A stretch of 64,000 nt of DNA from a virus (taxonomy: Duplodnaviria > Caudoviricetes). Shown here piece after piece: positions 25,942 to 36,485 of the stretch (positions are counted from its first letter, which is position 1; each line of letters begins with the position of its first letter). The notes beneath the pieces were generated by a model, which was not told where the DNA came from, did no database searches, and saw nothing but the letters and a program-made list of their open reading frames with translations. The stretch lies in IMG/VR virus record IMGVR_UViG_3300011868_000001, positions 96,001 through 160,000 of that record. The stretch is one strand, 5' to 3'. The translations under genes and the position numbers were made by a program.

Positions 25942-27111
25942 TTATTGCTCTGCGTAGGTCCCAAGCACGGTCATGACCATCTGGGCTTCCTGACTGGACT
26001 CATCGGGGATAAACCGTTTGAGGCGTTCCGAAACCAGATGTCCGATATTGGTGGGAGTGATGCTGATGGGTTTGACCTTAGGCAGTTCGACATGCGCCAA
26101 GTCGATCTTCTCCTGGGGTTTAAGGTCATCCATCTGGGTGGTGATACGAAACTGCGGGAACCGCTTGCGCAGGTCCTTGAGTCCGTGTTGGACAGGGGTG
26201 CCACGGGCAATCATCAGGCGGAAGCACGAATCATCCGGTTCGTTTTCATACGACTCCAGAATTTCCAAGACCTGATCGGTGTCCATCTCACGGCAATCGA
26301 GGGTCTTATACAGCCGCGCGCCGTTGTTTTCCACAAACCAGTGGTAGTTCTTACCCTGGCTGGAAATGCAAGCCCGGTAATGGCCCTTAGCAGCCTCCTC
26401 ACCGTGACTTAGCCGGTCAAAGGACCCTTGTGCCAGGATAACCGACGAATACCGCGGTAGCGAGCGCTCCGTGCGTATGTGCACGTGCCCGATACCGATG
26501 AAGTGCCGAACGATGGACAGGTAGGCTTCGTGGTTATGGTTCTTCGCCGACTCAATGGGCAGCTGGTAATCAAACGAGCCGTGCATGCAGGCGACATCGA
26601 CCTTATCGAGGCCGTGAATGGACAGCAGTTCTTGAACCTGCTGCCAGGTCACGCCGGCATCGGCATTCCATTCATCCGGGACGTACAGCACACTCAGGCC
26701 ACCCAATTCCTCGATCACCTCGATACTTAAGGTATCGACATATTTAAGGTTAGCTGGCGTGCTGAGGGTTCTGTTGACGTTAACGAATTGCTTGGACTGA
26801 CGCCAGTCGTGGCTGGGGGTGCCTTCCAGCACCCGGACCACGATGTTACGCTTGGCGCAGATCAGGAGGATATCGGCGATCCACTCTTGGATGGCGTCCA
26901 CTTCATCTTGTGGCAGGCTCATCAACCGATCGAACACATCCCCTGCAAAGAACAGGATATCCAGCTTACCCGTCTCCTCCGTGTCAGGGAATGCCTGCCG
27001 GAGGTTCTTGATGATGTGGTAGGTGTTGGTCCGCGGATGGGCCAGGTGAATATCCGAGATGAACGCCATGAACAGATCAGAGCGGTTCGAAGTCGTCGTC
27101 GTCAAATTCAT
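25942..27111 (-). CDS. SbcD/Mre11-like metallophosphoesterase nuclease
   Basis: SDIH, GDVFD, GTPSHD, MHG and GHVH motifs. Confidence 0.85.
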   Translation of the reverse strand: MNLTTTTSNRSDLFMAFISDIHLAHPRTNTYHIIKNLRQAFPDTEETGKLDILFFAGDVFDRLMSLPQDEVDAIQEWIADILLICAKRNIVVRVLEGTPSHDWRQSKQFVNVNRTLSTPANLKYVDTLSIEVIEELGGLSVLYVPDEWNADAGVTWQQVQELLSIHGLDKVDVACMHGSFDYQLPIESAKNHNHEAYLSIVRHFIGIGHVHIRTERSLPRYSSVILAQGSFDRLSHGEEAAKGHYRACISSQGKNYHWFVENNGARLYKTLDCREMDTDQVLEILESYENEPDDSCFRLMIARGTPVQHGLKDLRKRFPQFRITTQMDDLKPQEKIDLAHVELPKVKPISITPTNIGHLVSERLKRFIPDESSQEAQMVMTVLGTYAEQ

Positions 27112-27676
27112 TAATCGGTTTCCGAACAGGGGTATCGACGCCCCCTTCTTCAACCGGGGTGCCGCTGAGTTCCGACTCTACCAACTTGGCTTTATCGCCA
27201 AAGAGCAGCGTCAATGGGATGTTGTAACGCTTGTAAATCATCGCCCACATCTTACCGTAGACGGTAGAGATGGCATCGGCAGGCGTATGATTGAGGGCCA
27301 CCAGACGACTGACGTAGTTGTCGATGACAGCGCCCGGATGTGCCGTGGTGATCTCCGATTCGAAATTAGCGGCCAGTTCAGCCACGTCCGTCTCAGGACC
27401 AGCATGCAGGGTGCGGATGGCCATGGGCGTCGGAGCCAGCAGCGGTGGGACGACAAAGAGGACCTTGTTCGGGTCATTGTCTGCCACTACATCGATCATG
27501 CGATTGGGGTGGCCGGCTGCCGCCACGAAAATCTCGACCGGACGGTTGGTGTCGCCATTCGGTGAAGGGAGCAGATGAGGCAGAAGTCGACGAACAAAGT
27601 CACTTTCGCGCAGTTTGGCGTTAGCGTCTTTACTCATGGCTTCGAGATTGGCAAAGTCATGCTCATTCAACTGCAT
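27077..27676 (-). CDS. hypothetical protein
   Basis: 199 aa, GGAG RBS, acidic end overlapping the SbcD-like start. Confidence 0.75.
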   Translation of the reverse strand: MQLNEHDFANLEAMSKDANAKLRESDFVRRLLPHLLPSPNGDTNRPVEIFVAAAGHPNRMIDVVADNDPNKVLFVVPPLLAPTPMAIRTLHAGPETDVAELAANFESEITTAHPGAVIDNYVSRLVALNHTPADAISTVYGKMWAMIYKRYNIPLTLLFGDKAKLVESELSGTPVEEGGVDTPVRKPINEFDDDDFEPL

Positions 27677-27730
27677 AACGGATTCTCCATAAAGAGGGCG
27701 GTAAGACCGCCCTCTATGCCCAATGGTCGA

Positions 27731-28306
27731 TTACTCGTCAGCCGGCTCTTCGTTGGCGCCAGTGGCGGCCGTTACGGCCATGGCCTGCTTCGAAGCTTCC
27801 TTACGGAATTCTTCCAGGCTGATGGAATCGATGACGTAGTACGGACGACCGATTTCACCGCCGTAGGAGATGACCAGGTCACCCATGGCGTGCTGGACCT
27901 TGCTGTCCCTCAGGCCTTCGGACACTGCATCACCGGAGAGCCACTCTTGAGTGGCGGTGTGCTGTTCTTCGACCAGCGGACCGTCTTCGGTCAGGGTCAC
28001 ACGGATGGAGCCAGGCACGTAGCCTTCGACGACGACCATTTCCGGTGCACGCTGCTTGGACTGCTTGGCCTTGAAGGCAATGGCGTTAGCCGCGGCGATG
28101 AACACGCGCTGAGCGACGCTGTCGATCATGACGTCATCGTTGAACAGGCGCTGGATATGATCGGCAGTCAGTTCGACCAGGGTGCGATTGATCGCCAGCA
28201 TGGCGTCGTTAGCCTGGATCAGACTTTCCTGAAGCTGAGCGACTTGGGTTTCCAGTTGGGCGATGCGCTCTTCCTGGGATTGTTCACGTGCTTCATCGGT
28301 GGTCAT
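27731..28306 (-). CDS. hypothetical protein with N-terminal coiled coil
   Basis: 191 aa, AAGGAG RBS, strongly biased codons. Confidence 0.8.
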   Translation of the reverse strand: MTTDEAREQSQEERIAQLETQVAQLQESLIQANDAMLAINRTLVELTADHIQRLFNDDVMIDSVAQRVFIAAANAIAFKAKQSKQRAPEMVVVEGYVPGSIRVTLTEDGPLVEEQHTATQEWLSGDAVSEGLRDSKVQHAMGDLVISYGGEIGRPYYVIDSISLEEFRKEASKQAMAVTAATGANEEPADE

Positions 28307-28316
28307 ATATCACTCC

Positions 28317-28739
28317 TTAGTTATTAAAGCCAGCCGCAATGAACGGCTTGCCATCGTTTTGCAGATCAATGATACTGCGAATCTTCGAATTGGCTGAACT
28401 TACGACGTGTTTCAAATCAATGGACTTGTCCCCGTCTCGTAAGATAGCACTGATTTGTAAATCAATACCAGAAGGCGTGCTGAGGGCCGAAACATCCAGC
28501 TCTGCCGAGTCAAACTGGCGATCAAGGTAGTTCTGTAGACGCAGTCTGACTTCGTTTTCCAGCTCCAGACGGTTGTTGCCGAACTGACTGACGATACTGG
28601 ACAAACTGGTGACCTGACCCCGGTAAAGGTCTGTCTGAGAGCGCTGGGTGATGTAGAAATTACTCATCACCTCATCGGCTTTGATGGTCAAATCGGTAGC
28701 AAACCCGGCAGCGCCGAGCACAGGGATTACGCGGGCCAT
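28317..28739 (-). CDS. conserved hypothetical protein, possibly gp25-like baseplate wedge fold
   Basis: Start MARVIP with GGAG RBS; helix then beta-strand pattern. Function speculative. Confidence 0.55.
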   Translation of the reverse strand: MARVIPVLGAAGFATDLTIKADEVMSNFYITQRSQTDLYRGQVTSLSSIVSQFGNNRLELENEVRLRLQNYLDRQFDSAELDVSALSTPSGIDLQISAILRDGDKSIDLKHVVSSANSKIRSIIDLQNDGKPFIAAGFNN

Positions 28740-28822
28740 AATAACTCCGGACAAAAGAAAAAAGTCCACCGTAAGGAGGAAGGTGGCACACATACCCATT
28801 AGGACAGTGTGCCACTATTCAC

Positions 28823-29446
28823 TTACAGAGAGCCGTTATTTTCGTCGGAGGGGTCATCCAATCCTTCATCCAAGAAGCTATTGAAGTTGGCCCACATCGA
28901 GTCACGGATGGTGGTCTGCTGGTCGAAGCGCAGTTCCGTACGACCGTCTTCATCGATCAGGTGCAGGTACTGCACAAAGTGCGAGTGCCCTTGCTCATCG
29001 AATTGGAGCAGACCGTGCATCACTTGCTGGTAATCCGGATCGTCATCACCGTAGCGACCGGGGTTGCGGTTGATGTAGCTGTCACGCCAGCCATGCATCA
29101 TGTCCTTCTCGAACAGACGCTTGGCGCGCGGGTTGGCCATCAGCCAGCGTTGCTGGACCGGGCCGGCTTGCTGGAACTGACCGATCCGGGACATTGGCTG
29201 GATGTCGTCCTTATCGAACAGGTGCGTGACCTTACGTTTGAGTGCAGCGATCTTACGTTCAATCCCATCGAAGTCGAAAGAATTGAACCGTTCTACAGCA
29301 CGCTGGTAAAGGTCAGAACCTACCAGTCCGAATGATCGGGCGGTGTTCTCCAGACGATCCCGGATAGCTGCACGGTCCTCCGACCGTGGTAGTCCGTAGT
29401 GCATCGCCCCGAACTCACGGTCATCCGCGTAAATAGCTATCGCCAT
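28823..29446 (-). CDS. conserved core hypothetical protein
   Basis: 207 aa, AAGGAG RBS, immediately after RNAP exon 2. Confidence 0.75.
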   Translation of the reverse strand: MAIAIYADDREFGAMHYGLPRSEDRAAIRDRLENTARSFGLVGSDLYQRAVERFNSFDFDGIERKIAALKRKVTHLFDKDDIQPMSRIGQFQQAGPVQQRWLMANPRAKRLFEKDMMHGWRDSYINRNPGRYGDDDPDYQQVMHGLLQFDEQGHSHFVQYLHLIDEDGRTELRFDQQTTIRDSMWANFNSFLDEGLDDPSDENNGSL

Positions 29447-29458
29447 GCTTTACTCCTT

Positions 29459-29653
29459 TTATTTCGAGACTTGGTCACCCTCGATGATCCAGTTGGTCAG
29501 GGTGGCAATCAACGGGGCCGGCAGCGTCGTGTTGCGCGACACTGTGAACGGCTTGTTGAGGTCCATGACACCGGTTACTGGGTCCAGACGACTCATGACC
29601 TTAGCGTTCTTGTGGTCGAGTGGGAGCTCGCCCCAGAGCGCATCACCGTCGTA
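29459..29653 (-). CDS. nvRNAP beta-prime N-terminal subunit, exon 2 (absent from ORF track)
   Basis: Hand translation YDGDALWGELPLDHKN...WIIEGDQVSK* (64 aa); completes NAD|YDGD. Confidence 0.88.
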   Translation of the reverse strand, partial: YDGDALWGELPLDHKNAKVMSRLDPVTGVMDLNKPFTVSRNTTLPAPLIATLTNWIIEGDQVSK

Positions 29654-31057
29654 CCTATTGTCCAGCTCCTTCGCGACAGGAGCCCGGTGCGCTATGGCAC
29701 CCGCACACGGCTTTCCCGTATGAGCAGACTATATCTTCACCTTCAGCATGACCTGGTCAGGTGTTCCCCATTTCCCTGCCGCTGGCAGGTACGAGCCGCT
29801 ACGCTCTAGTCGTTGAACCTTTCCCATATCCGAAGGACGTAGGGACTTGGCTGCTAAAGGGACTCTTAGAGTCCACGGTTGCCCATTGTATCATCCGTCT
29901 CGTTTTCAGACCGTGGCTTTGTCTTTCGACTCGCAGTGGTGAGACAGCTTTAGGGGTTTCCAGCAGTTAGAGGAAAATCACTGCACTGTTTAGAATGCAG
30001 GGGACTGTTTACAAATAGCTCAGATGAAAATCTCTCCAGCAGCCCATGTTCGAGTTCATGGATTTCTGGATAACCGATTTACCCACCCCTACCGAGTGAG
30101 CAAATGCCTGTACTGACTCCCATTCAGTTGTTAAACCGCTCAGTTTGTCAAGTACTTTAACTTTCCGAGGCAGGCGTTTGAAATTAGGCCTGATCACAGA
30201 TTTGCGATGACTGGGTATGACTACGTGACCACTCACATCGCTTTCGTACTCTTCAAGATAACAAACCTCCAACCCGTTAATCCTGGCGGTGCCGGCCAAG
30301 ATAGAGTACAGTTTAGATTTCGTCACCCCGAAGGCACGGGAAACGTCAGCAATGCTGGAGAATAAAAACTTCTTATCATCCTTCACCACTACAACATCTC
30401 TTGACTGTCCATTTGCCTTCTTGCCAATGTCCAGCTCTGTCAAACCTCTCCACGATGATGTCTCGTAAATCAGTTCGAACCTAGATTTCCACGGCACCAG
30501 CGAATCGCTACTCAAGTAACGGTGTATGTCTGCGCCGTTGACTTTGAAGTAGCGAGCTGCTTCTTGCAGACTGTAAAAGTACTGGACTTCTCCGGTCTTC
30601 AGGTCCTTAGCGAGCAGCGGACGATTATCTACCCTCAATCCTTCCCGATATGCGTGAAACGCGTTATCAGAAGAACTCGTCCATTCAAGGTTACATGGGT
30701 CGTTATTAAGTTTGTCGCCATCGATATGATTGACAACGCATTCGTCGAAAGGACCAGGACATTGGTTGAATGTCATGGCAATTAGACGGTGTAAAGTCTG
30801 GGTTCCATGCCCCCACACGTTTATCTGATAGTACGGCCAGTAGTGCTCCCGCAGAAAGGGGATGAAACATACCAGATTTCTCTGATCTATTACATGGCCA
30901 GACTTACTGATAACCAGTGTCTCGAAAAGGGGGCAGTGGTAGAATCCTTTAAACATCTCGGATTCAACAAGCTGTTCATCTGGTTTGAGCATTTCATCAC
31001 CCATTCGGTTACTGCTACACCTAGGTAATGTAGGGCTCAGGCTATTTGCAATAATTT
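29654..31057 (-). mobile_element. group I intron (IA2-like) carrying an HNH gene
   Basis: 5' exon ends in U and intron ends in G. P AACTGCTGGAAA (29957-29968), Q TTTAGCAGCCAAG (29846-29858), R GTTCAACGACTAGA (29805-29818), S AAGATATAGTCT (29726-29737); extra hairpins between R and S. Confidence 0.9.
30009..31004 (-). CDS. intron-encoded HNH homing endonuclease with NUMOD1-like repeats
   Basis: LHRLIAMTF, VNHIDGDKLNN...NLEW...N..H, followed by repeated F.S..EAA-type helix-turn-helix units; visibly AT-richer than its neighbours. Confidence 0.9.
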   Translation of the reverse strand: MGDEMLKPDEQLVESEMFKGFYHCPLFETLVISKSGHVIDQRNLVCFIPFLREHYWPYYQINVWGHGTQTLHRLIAMTFNQCPGPFDECVVNHIDGDKLNNDPCNLEWTSSSDNAFHAYREGLRVDNRPLLAKDLKTGEVQYFYSLQEAARYFKVNGADIHRYLSSDSLVPWKSRFELIYETSSWRGLTELDIGKKANGQSRDVVVVKDDKKFLFSSIADVSRAFGVTKSKLYSILAGTARINGLEVCYLEEYESDVSGHVVIPSHRKSVIRPNFKRLPRKVKVLDKLSGLTTEWESVQAFAHSVGVGKSVIQKSMNSNMGCWRDFHLSYL

Positions 31058-32329
31058 ATCCGCGTTCTTGTCGATCAAGTTGAGCGGGGACAGCGAGATG
31101 GTGTTGTCAGTCGGGTCGGTCTTGATTTCATCGATCTGGTTAAACCCGATCGAGCCACGGGTCAGGGTCGGGTTACGACCGAATGTCGTGGGAATGGTGC
31201 CGTTCGGGGCTTCGGCTAAAAGCTCCTTGAACAGCTCATCGAGTAGCGGGTGGTAACGCAGGGTGTTCTCGTAGATCAGCGTCTGGATCTCATTGGGCGA
31301 ATACCCTTTGGCCAGCAGCTTATTCTGCAAGTGCACCTTAAACAGCAGGGTGCTCATCGACCACGGCACCTGCAACGCATCCTGACGGTGCGGCTTTTGC
31401 CGGGAGGTGATAACAGCACGGAAGCCAAAGTGCGGGCGGGTACCGTAGATCAGCTTACGGGCGATACCGGGCTTCTTGAAGATGACTTCAGATTCGAAGG
31501 TCCGATAGTACTCGTTAAATTGCTGATGCGCACTGACGACACGCGCTTCTTTGACAGCTTGGGTGAGCTTGGGCTGGTTCTCAGCCGTCTCACGGTTATC
31601 AATGCCGATGAGGATGTGGGCTGCGTTGACAGCCGCGACCATCTTCGGGTCAGCAGTGATGCGGTTGTTGGCACTTTCACGGATGAACCCAAGCCGCGTC
31701 GGGAAGGGCAGGTATTCCGAGAAGGTCCGATCGAAGTTTTCTTGCAGGAAGCGCATGATCTTCCGGCGCCGACGGGCAGATGCCGAAGGACCGATCAAGC
31801 CTGCCTTGAACAAGGCCACCAGAATAGGTTCGTAGTTCTCGATGAAATGGTTGTATCCACGCGGGATGTCCAGTCGCTCGAGCTTACGTATCTTGTCTGC
31901 CGCCAATGGCGAGGGGGCAGTATAACGCGGGTTACACAGGTACTCCAGGATATTGAAGTTCGAGTGGGTCAGGTTCTTTGACAGAATCCGCCACACGGTC
32001 AGGTTGATGAAGGCCTTGATCCCAGTTGGGACACGGAGCCACAGGTTGGACTCCAGGGGCTTTTCGGTGATCGGTACCACCTGTGAGAGACAGATCGGAC
32101 AGCGGACGTTGTAGTTGTCCATGCTGGTGATGTGCCCACAGTCACAGGAAGCGGTGTTGTTCAGCGAATCGCCATCAAGACTGGTATAGATGAGGTTGTT
32201 GAGCTTAAGGCGATCTGCCTCAAGGTCGATGTTGAAGTCATTCATCAGGATCGCAGGATGCGACAGATGACGGAACAGGGTGTCGTAGTGGACTACGCGG
32301 AGATAGACGCCATTACGTTCTTTCATCAA
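31058..32329 (-). CDS. nvRNAP beta-prime N-terminal subunit, exon 1 (phiKZ gp55-like)
   Basis: CDCG...CPIC Zn ribbon, GTRPHFGFRAVI, FGRNPTL; ends KNAD at the splice site. Confidence 0.88.
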
Positions 32330-32421
32330 CTTTGGCCCTTAAGTGTAGTGGCGATGAAAAATAAAAGACATAGCTCGGGGGAGCACTAGGCTCCCCCTTG
32401 CTACGTTAAGGCCGACGCCGA

Positions 32422-34353
32422 TTAGAAGCTATTGCCGAAGCCAAAGCCGTTACCGACGTTGCTGCGCAGGCTGCGCTGACCATCACCTACCACACGGCGG
32501 GACAGCATGCCGTGAGTCAGGTCACCACCGGCGAAGTCGCGGATGCGGGTGTTACCGCGGATGCGACGGTTGCCGAAGCTGTAGTGTGCCTGACGCTGAT
32601 CGATGTTGATCTTGCAGTCAGCGACTGCCAGAGCCAGAGCCTCGATGAACTTCGGATTGAAGTACGCGAGGTCGACGTAACGGGCGAACTTCACGTTGGA
32701 AGCACCCAGGGCGCTGGTCAGCTGAGTGAACTGCTCGGATACGCGGACTTCCACATCGAGGTCGGTGCGGTCGATCACGTCCTGGTAGTTCAGCGCCGAG
32801 ACGCCTTCGTCGTTCGGGTTCTGGGCCAGCCAGCGGAGCAGGTCCCACTCGCGCAGGTCGCGCTCCTGACCCTTCTCGTCGATCCAGGTACCGGTCAGGT
32901 AACGGGCACCGGACATTTCCAGCGGCTGCTCAACGCCCAGCTCGCGTGCGCGACGGGAGAAGTTGCCGGCAGTCAGGCGGTCAGCGTAGTCGTACAGACG
33001 GCGGATGGCGTCTGCGGTGACCGAGCTGTCGTTGGCTGCGTCAGCCAGCAGGCTGGTGATCCAGCTGTTGTCGCCACCTTCTTCCAGTTCGATTGCCCAT
33101 GCCAGGCGCTCGTCGACCAGGGAGAAGAAGTACTGACCCCACTTCTGCACGTCCAGGGAGGCACGCGCATCGAACACGACCGGCTCACGGTCAGCATCCG
33201 GGCCGAGGATGTTCAGCAGACCGGTGTCGCGGGTGTCGATCTCACCGCGGGCAACTTCGCCCGGCAGGAAGGTCTGAGCCCAGGCCTGATCCTTGGAGAT
33301 AACCGACGCACCAGCCAGCGCGAGCAGCAGCAGTTCCGGCGTGATGCCGTTGGTGCCGGTGTCCATGCGGTTGATGACGAAGGTCGGGGTGAAGTACGGC
33401 TGATCACGACGCTGGTTGCGTGCCCAACGATCTTCCTGCGCCGGCGGAGTGTACATCAGGTTGACGTAACCGCCCAGGTTGGCCAGCGGGACGCTGACGT
33501 TCTGATCGTTCTTGCGGATCACACCGGCAACGCTGACAGCGATGTCGCTGCGGCGCGGCAGGCCGTCGGCGGACACGGATTCGCGACCGGACAGGTCAAC
33601 GTTGATTTCCAGAGTCGACTGCTTGGTCAGCCACTCGAGGCTGAAGTACAGGTTCGGCTGGAACAGGTCGTTGAACAGAGCAGTCAGAGCGGCCTGCGCG
33701 TAGAACACGACCATGCGTGCTTCGGTGCTTTCCGGCTCGTTGAAGTCGACCTTACGATCGACCACACGCCAGCCTGCGCGGATGATTTCCACGGTGCGGC
33801 GAGTGTTCTGCTCGAAGTTCTTCTTGGCGATGTCGTCGACCAGAGCCAGGTAGCTCTCGGTGATGTAGTCGCTGGCAACGACCGGCAGCTGGTAGCTGCG
33901 GTGGGCGATGTCGACGTTGCGAACGGTCGCTTCGTCGGTCAGGGTGCCTTCCAGAGCCAGAGCGTGGACCAGCACCTTGGTGGTGCCGTTGTCTTCGACC
34001 GGGTAGGCCAGGATGACGGAGGAAACCGACACGTTGTGCTCGGAAGCTTCCAGACCCAGTACCTGAACTTTGCTCAGGTCAATGGCACCAGCACCGGCAA
34101 CCTGACGCTCCGGGGAGAACCAGAACTTGAAGCCCTTGACTGCGCTGACCAGAGCTTCGCCGCTGGTGCGACGGCTCATCGGGGCGCCGAGCAGGCGGTT
34201 CAGGTCGAGCAGGCCAGCTTGCATTTGCGAAGTGGACTGCGCACGGTCTTGACGGTCAGCACGAGCAGCCGGGTTGCTGTTCTCACGCGGGTGGTTCGGC
34301 TGGTCGCCAGTGATGCCATCTTGCTGATTGTTTTGGCTGTCATGAACTGCCAT
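32422..34353 (-). CDS. chmA: chimallin, major phage nuclear shell protein (phiKZ gp54-like)
   Basis: 643 aa directly upstream of the gp55-like gene; strong AAGGAG RBS, extreme codon bias, extended termini, early promoter motif. Confidence 0.82.
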   Translation of the reverse strand: MAVHDSQNNQQDGITGDQPNHPRENSNPAARADRQDRAQSTSQMQAGLLDLNRLLGAPMSRRTSGEALVSAVKGFKFWFSPERQVAGAGAIDLSKVQVLGLEASEHNVSVSSVILAYPVEDNGTTKVLVHALALEGTLTDEATVRNVDIAHRSYQLPVVASDYITESYLALVDDIAKKNFEQNTRRTVEIIRAGWRVVDRKVDFNEPESTEARMVVFYAQAALTALFNDLFQPNLYFSLEWLTKQSTLEINVDLSGRESVSADGLPRRSDIAVSVAGVIRKNDQNVSVPLANLGGYVNLMYTPPAQEDRWARNQRRDQPYFTPTFVINRMDTGTNGITPELLLLALAGASVISKDQAWAQTFLPGEVARGEIDTRDTGLLNILGPDADREPVVFDARASLDVQKWGQYFFSLVDERLAWAIELEEGGDNSWITSLLADAANDSSVTADAIRRLYDYADRLTAGNFSRRARELGVEQPLEMSGARYLTGTWIDEKGQERDLREWDLLRWLAQNPNDEGVSALNYQDVIDRTDLDVEVRVSEQFTQLTSALGASNVKFARYVDLAYFNPKFIEALALAVADCKINIDQRQAHYSFGNRRIRGNTRIRDFAGGDLTHGMLSRRVVGDGQRSLRSNVGNGFGFGNSF

Positions 34354-34427
34354 GATTTACTCCTTGGGTTTTGATGTGTTACTAGGGCCTAGTGAACATC
34401 TTGAAGGCTTGCTTCGATATTCACGTT

Positions 34428-34456
34428 GATAATGTAGAACCGTGATAATTTCGAAT
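34428..34456 (-). promoter_or_regulatory. putative early promoter of chmA
   Basis: Minus strand ATTCGAA-N13-TACATTAT. Confidence 0.7.
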
Positions 34457-34683
34457 GGAATTCTTATTCCTAGCCTCATTATCATTCGGCACTGGGGTTT
34501 ATTTTTACGGTGTGCACCAAGCAAAGGAAATACCCTCCCGTATCGACAAGGTCAAAACCTTGCCCGGAGCACATCTCCTATACCATATGGATAAACCAGT
34601 TCTTTTTTACTATTTTCATCTCCCACTGGTTGAATAAAGGTTGGCTAATCCTTTGAGACTTTAACTGTCATTGGACCGATCCC

Positions 34684-35790
34684 ATGTACACACTCTTTAA
34701 TACCGAGGCACGACTGCGGCAAACCAACGTCGTCTCCTTTGGGCTGGATTACGTCAAGCGTGAACTGCTTGGGGTCCAAGTCGAGCGTTATAAGCAGTAC
34801 CGGGCAATGAGCCCAGGCTTTATCCGAAGCGATCACCTGATCAACAAGATTCTCAACATGATCGACATTCCCTTTAATGGGGATTTGCCTGACTACTACC
34901 TCCGTGTCGGCAGTATTGTTGATCGACTTGCCGGTCAGATGGGGCTGGTGACCGCCGCCCACCATGGGCGGGTAAGAAACCACAGTCACTTCTACGGCAA
35001 GGGCGTCAATGAGATCATCATTGCCGTGGCTGACGATAACTTAACCCCTGGCGAGATTTGGTTCAACTGGCAACGCATGAGTGCCGTGCGGTTGTTGGCT
35101 CATCCGATCAGTGGCTGTGGTATCATCGAGCTGGATGGATCGAACGATTTCAAGGACATGCCCAATGGCGCAACCGCTGTAATTGAAATCAACATCCCAC
35201 TGCTGGCCTGTCAGTACCAGCTGTGGCGAATGGCAACCAACGCCCTTGCACCCGAAGGTAAAGTGTTTCCAGTGGCGCACTTTATCAGTCAGGTCGTCAT
35301 CCCCAACCTGCTACCCAGTCATTTAGATGTGGCAGTGCTCAACACCCTGCACAGTCTGACCGGTGCTACCGACTATGTGCGGGTGGTCAGCGACATGCCG
35401 TTCTATACCACGGATTTGTATCCTCGGTTGGAGAAGGGTCTACAGGAAGTGCTGGCGCGCATTACCGGGGCGACGTACACCTACAAGGACATCTTGTCGA
35501 TGGTGCCGGTATACGGGAACAACAACCTGTTGCAAACGGTCAAGATGCCGGACATCGCGTTCACCAACCAAGCGATCTGGGCGCTGACCATTGCCAGGCT
35601 TCCGGTCATCGCCCTGCTGCTTAAGCTGGATCAGCTGAGTCGCAACGTCAAGAACGATTCTGAAAAGAACCGTATCCGGCGCAGTCTGCGTGAGGCAGAA
35701 AGTGGCAAGTACCTGGTCAACCAGATTCCACCGATGGTGGCCGCCTGGATTGCACAGTACATCGAGCAAAACATCACGCCGTACCTTTAA
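34684..35790 (+). CDS. conserved core hypothetical protein (between chmA and DNA polymerase)
   Basis: 368 aa, divergent from chmA, ends at hairpin 35791-35829. Confidence 0.8.
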   Translation: MYTLFNTEARLRQTNVVSFGLDYVKRELLGVQVERYKQYRAMSPGFIRSDHLINKILNMIDIPFNGDLPDYYLRVGSIVDRLAGQMGLVTAAHHGRVRNHSHFYGKGVNEIIIAVADDNLTPGEIWFNWQRMSAVRLLAHPISGCGIIELDGSNDFKDMPNGATAVIEINIPLLACQYQLWRMATNALAPEGKVFPVAHFISQVVIPNLLPSHLDVAVLNTLHSLTGATDYVRVVSDMPFYTTDLYPRLEKGLQEVLARITGATYTYKDILSMVPVYGNNNLLQTVKMPDIAFTNQAIWALTIARLPVIALLLKLDQLSRNVKNDSEKNRIRRSLREAESGKYLVNQIPPMVAAWIAQYIEQNITPYL

Positions 35791-35829
35791 ACATAGCGAG
35801 GAGCCCTAGGGCTCCTCGCTTATGCTGTC

Positions 35830-36096
35830 TCACTTGCTGGCTATATCACGGTTGATCAGTTCTGCAATAGCATTAGCGGTCTCAGGATCGAGGTCCTTGA
35901 GTTGTTCAGCCAATGTCATATACAGAATCCAGCGCTCCGGCCCAAGGCCTTCCAGTAGTTCCGCCACCAGCTTTCGGGTCAGTTCAGCTTTCGCACTGAA
36001 AACCGATGTCCGCATGAGCGTGAGCATTTCTGCATCAGTCGCCGCGCGGACTACAGTAACGCCATTGTTATCGACCCTTACTTGCGGGCGGATCAT
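35830..36096 (-). CDS. hypothetical protein
   Basis: 88 aa with GGAG RBS. Confidence 0.65.
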   Translation of the reverse strand: MIRPQVRVDNNGVTVVRAATDAEMLTLMRTSVFSAKAELTRKLVAELLEGLGPERWILYMTLAEQLKDLDPETANAIAELINRDIASK

Positions 36097-36101
36097 GCTA
36101 A

Positions 36102-36485
36102 CTACTCCAGAATGACTTCAGGACAAAGATTCTTGACCATCAAAGGATCGATTTGCGGGTCGGCAGATTTAAAGTAAGTACGGGTGGCTTCAAGCAAAGC
36201 CACCAACCCAGGATCAGTGGTTTCCTCGGCCACCCGCCTGAGCAGTTCGTCGAAGTCGATAAGGTTACCTTTCTCGACGTCGACACGTACCACCTGCGCG
36301 CCGCGGGTCGCAATTCCTACATAGGGCTTAATCATCATCGAGCTGGTGGTTATCATCGGCAACATTCCCTGAAGGGAGGAGGTAATACCATCCATCCCAG
36401 TCAGGGTGTGCACGCCGACAGGTTTCTTGACTGGAAATGCTAGGATTTTACAACCGTCATTACCAGTCATATCCGGCGTCTTCAT
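36102..36485 (-). CDS. hypothetical protein
   Basis: Overlaps the polymerase 3' end; start uncertain. Confidence 0.6.
   Translation of the reverse strand: MKTPDMTGNDGCKILAFPVKKPVGVHTLTGMDGITSSLQGMLPMITTSSMMIKPYVGIATRGAQVVRVDVEKGNLIDFDELLRRVAEETTDPGLVALLEATRTYFKSADPQIDPLMVKNLCPEVILE

Noticed and set aside
31037-31057. RNAP gene as a truncated pseudogene ending KLLQIA
   Set aside because: These codons are intron sequence; exon 2 restores the protein.
32512-34374. 620-aa plus-strand ORF
   Set aside because: Mirror of strongly codon-biased chmA.
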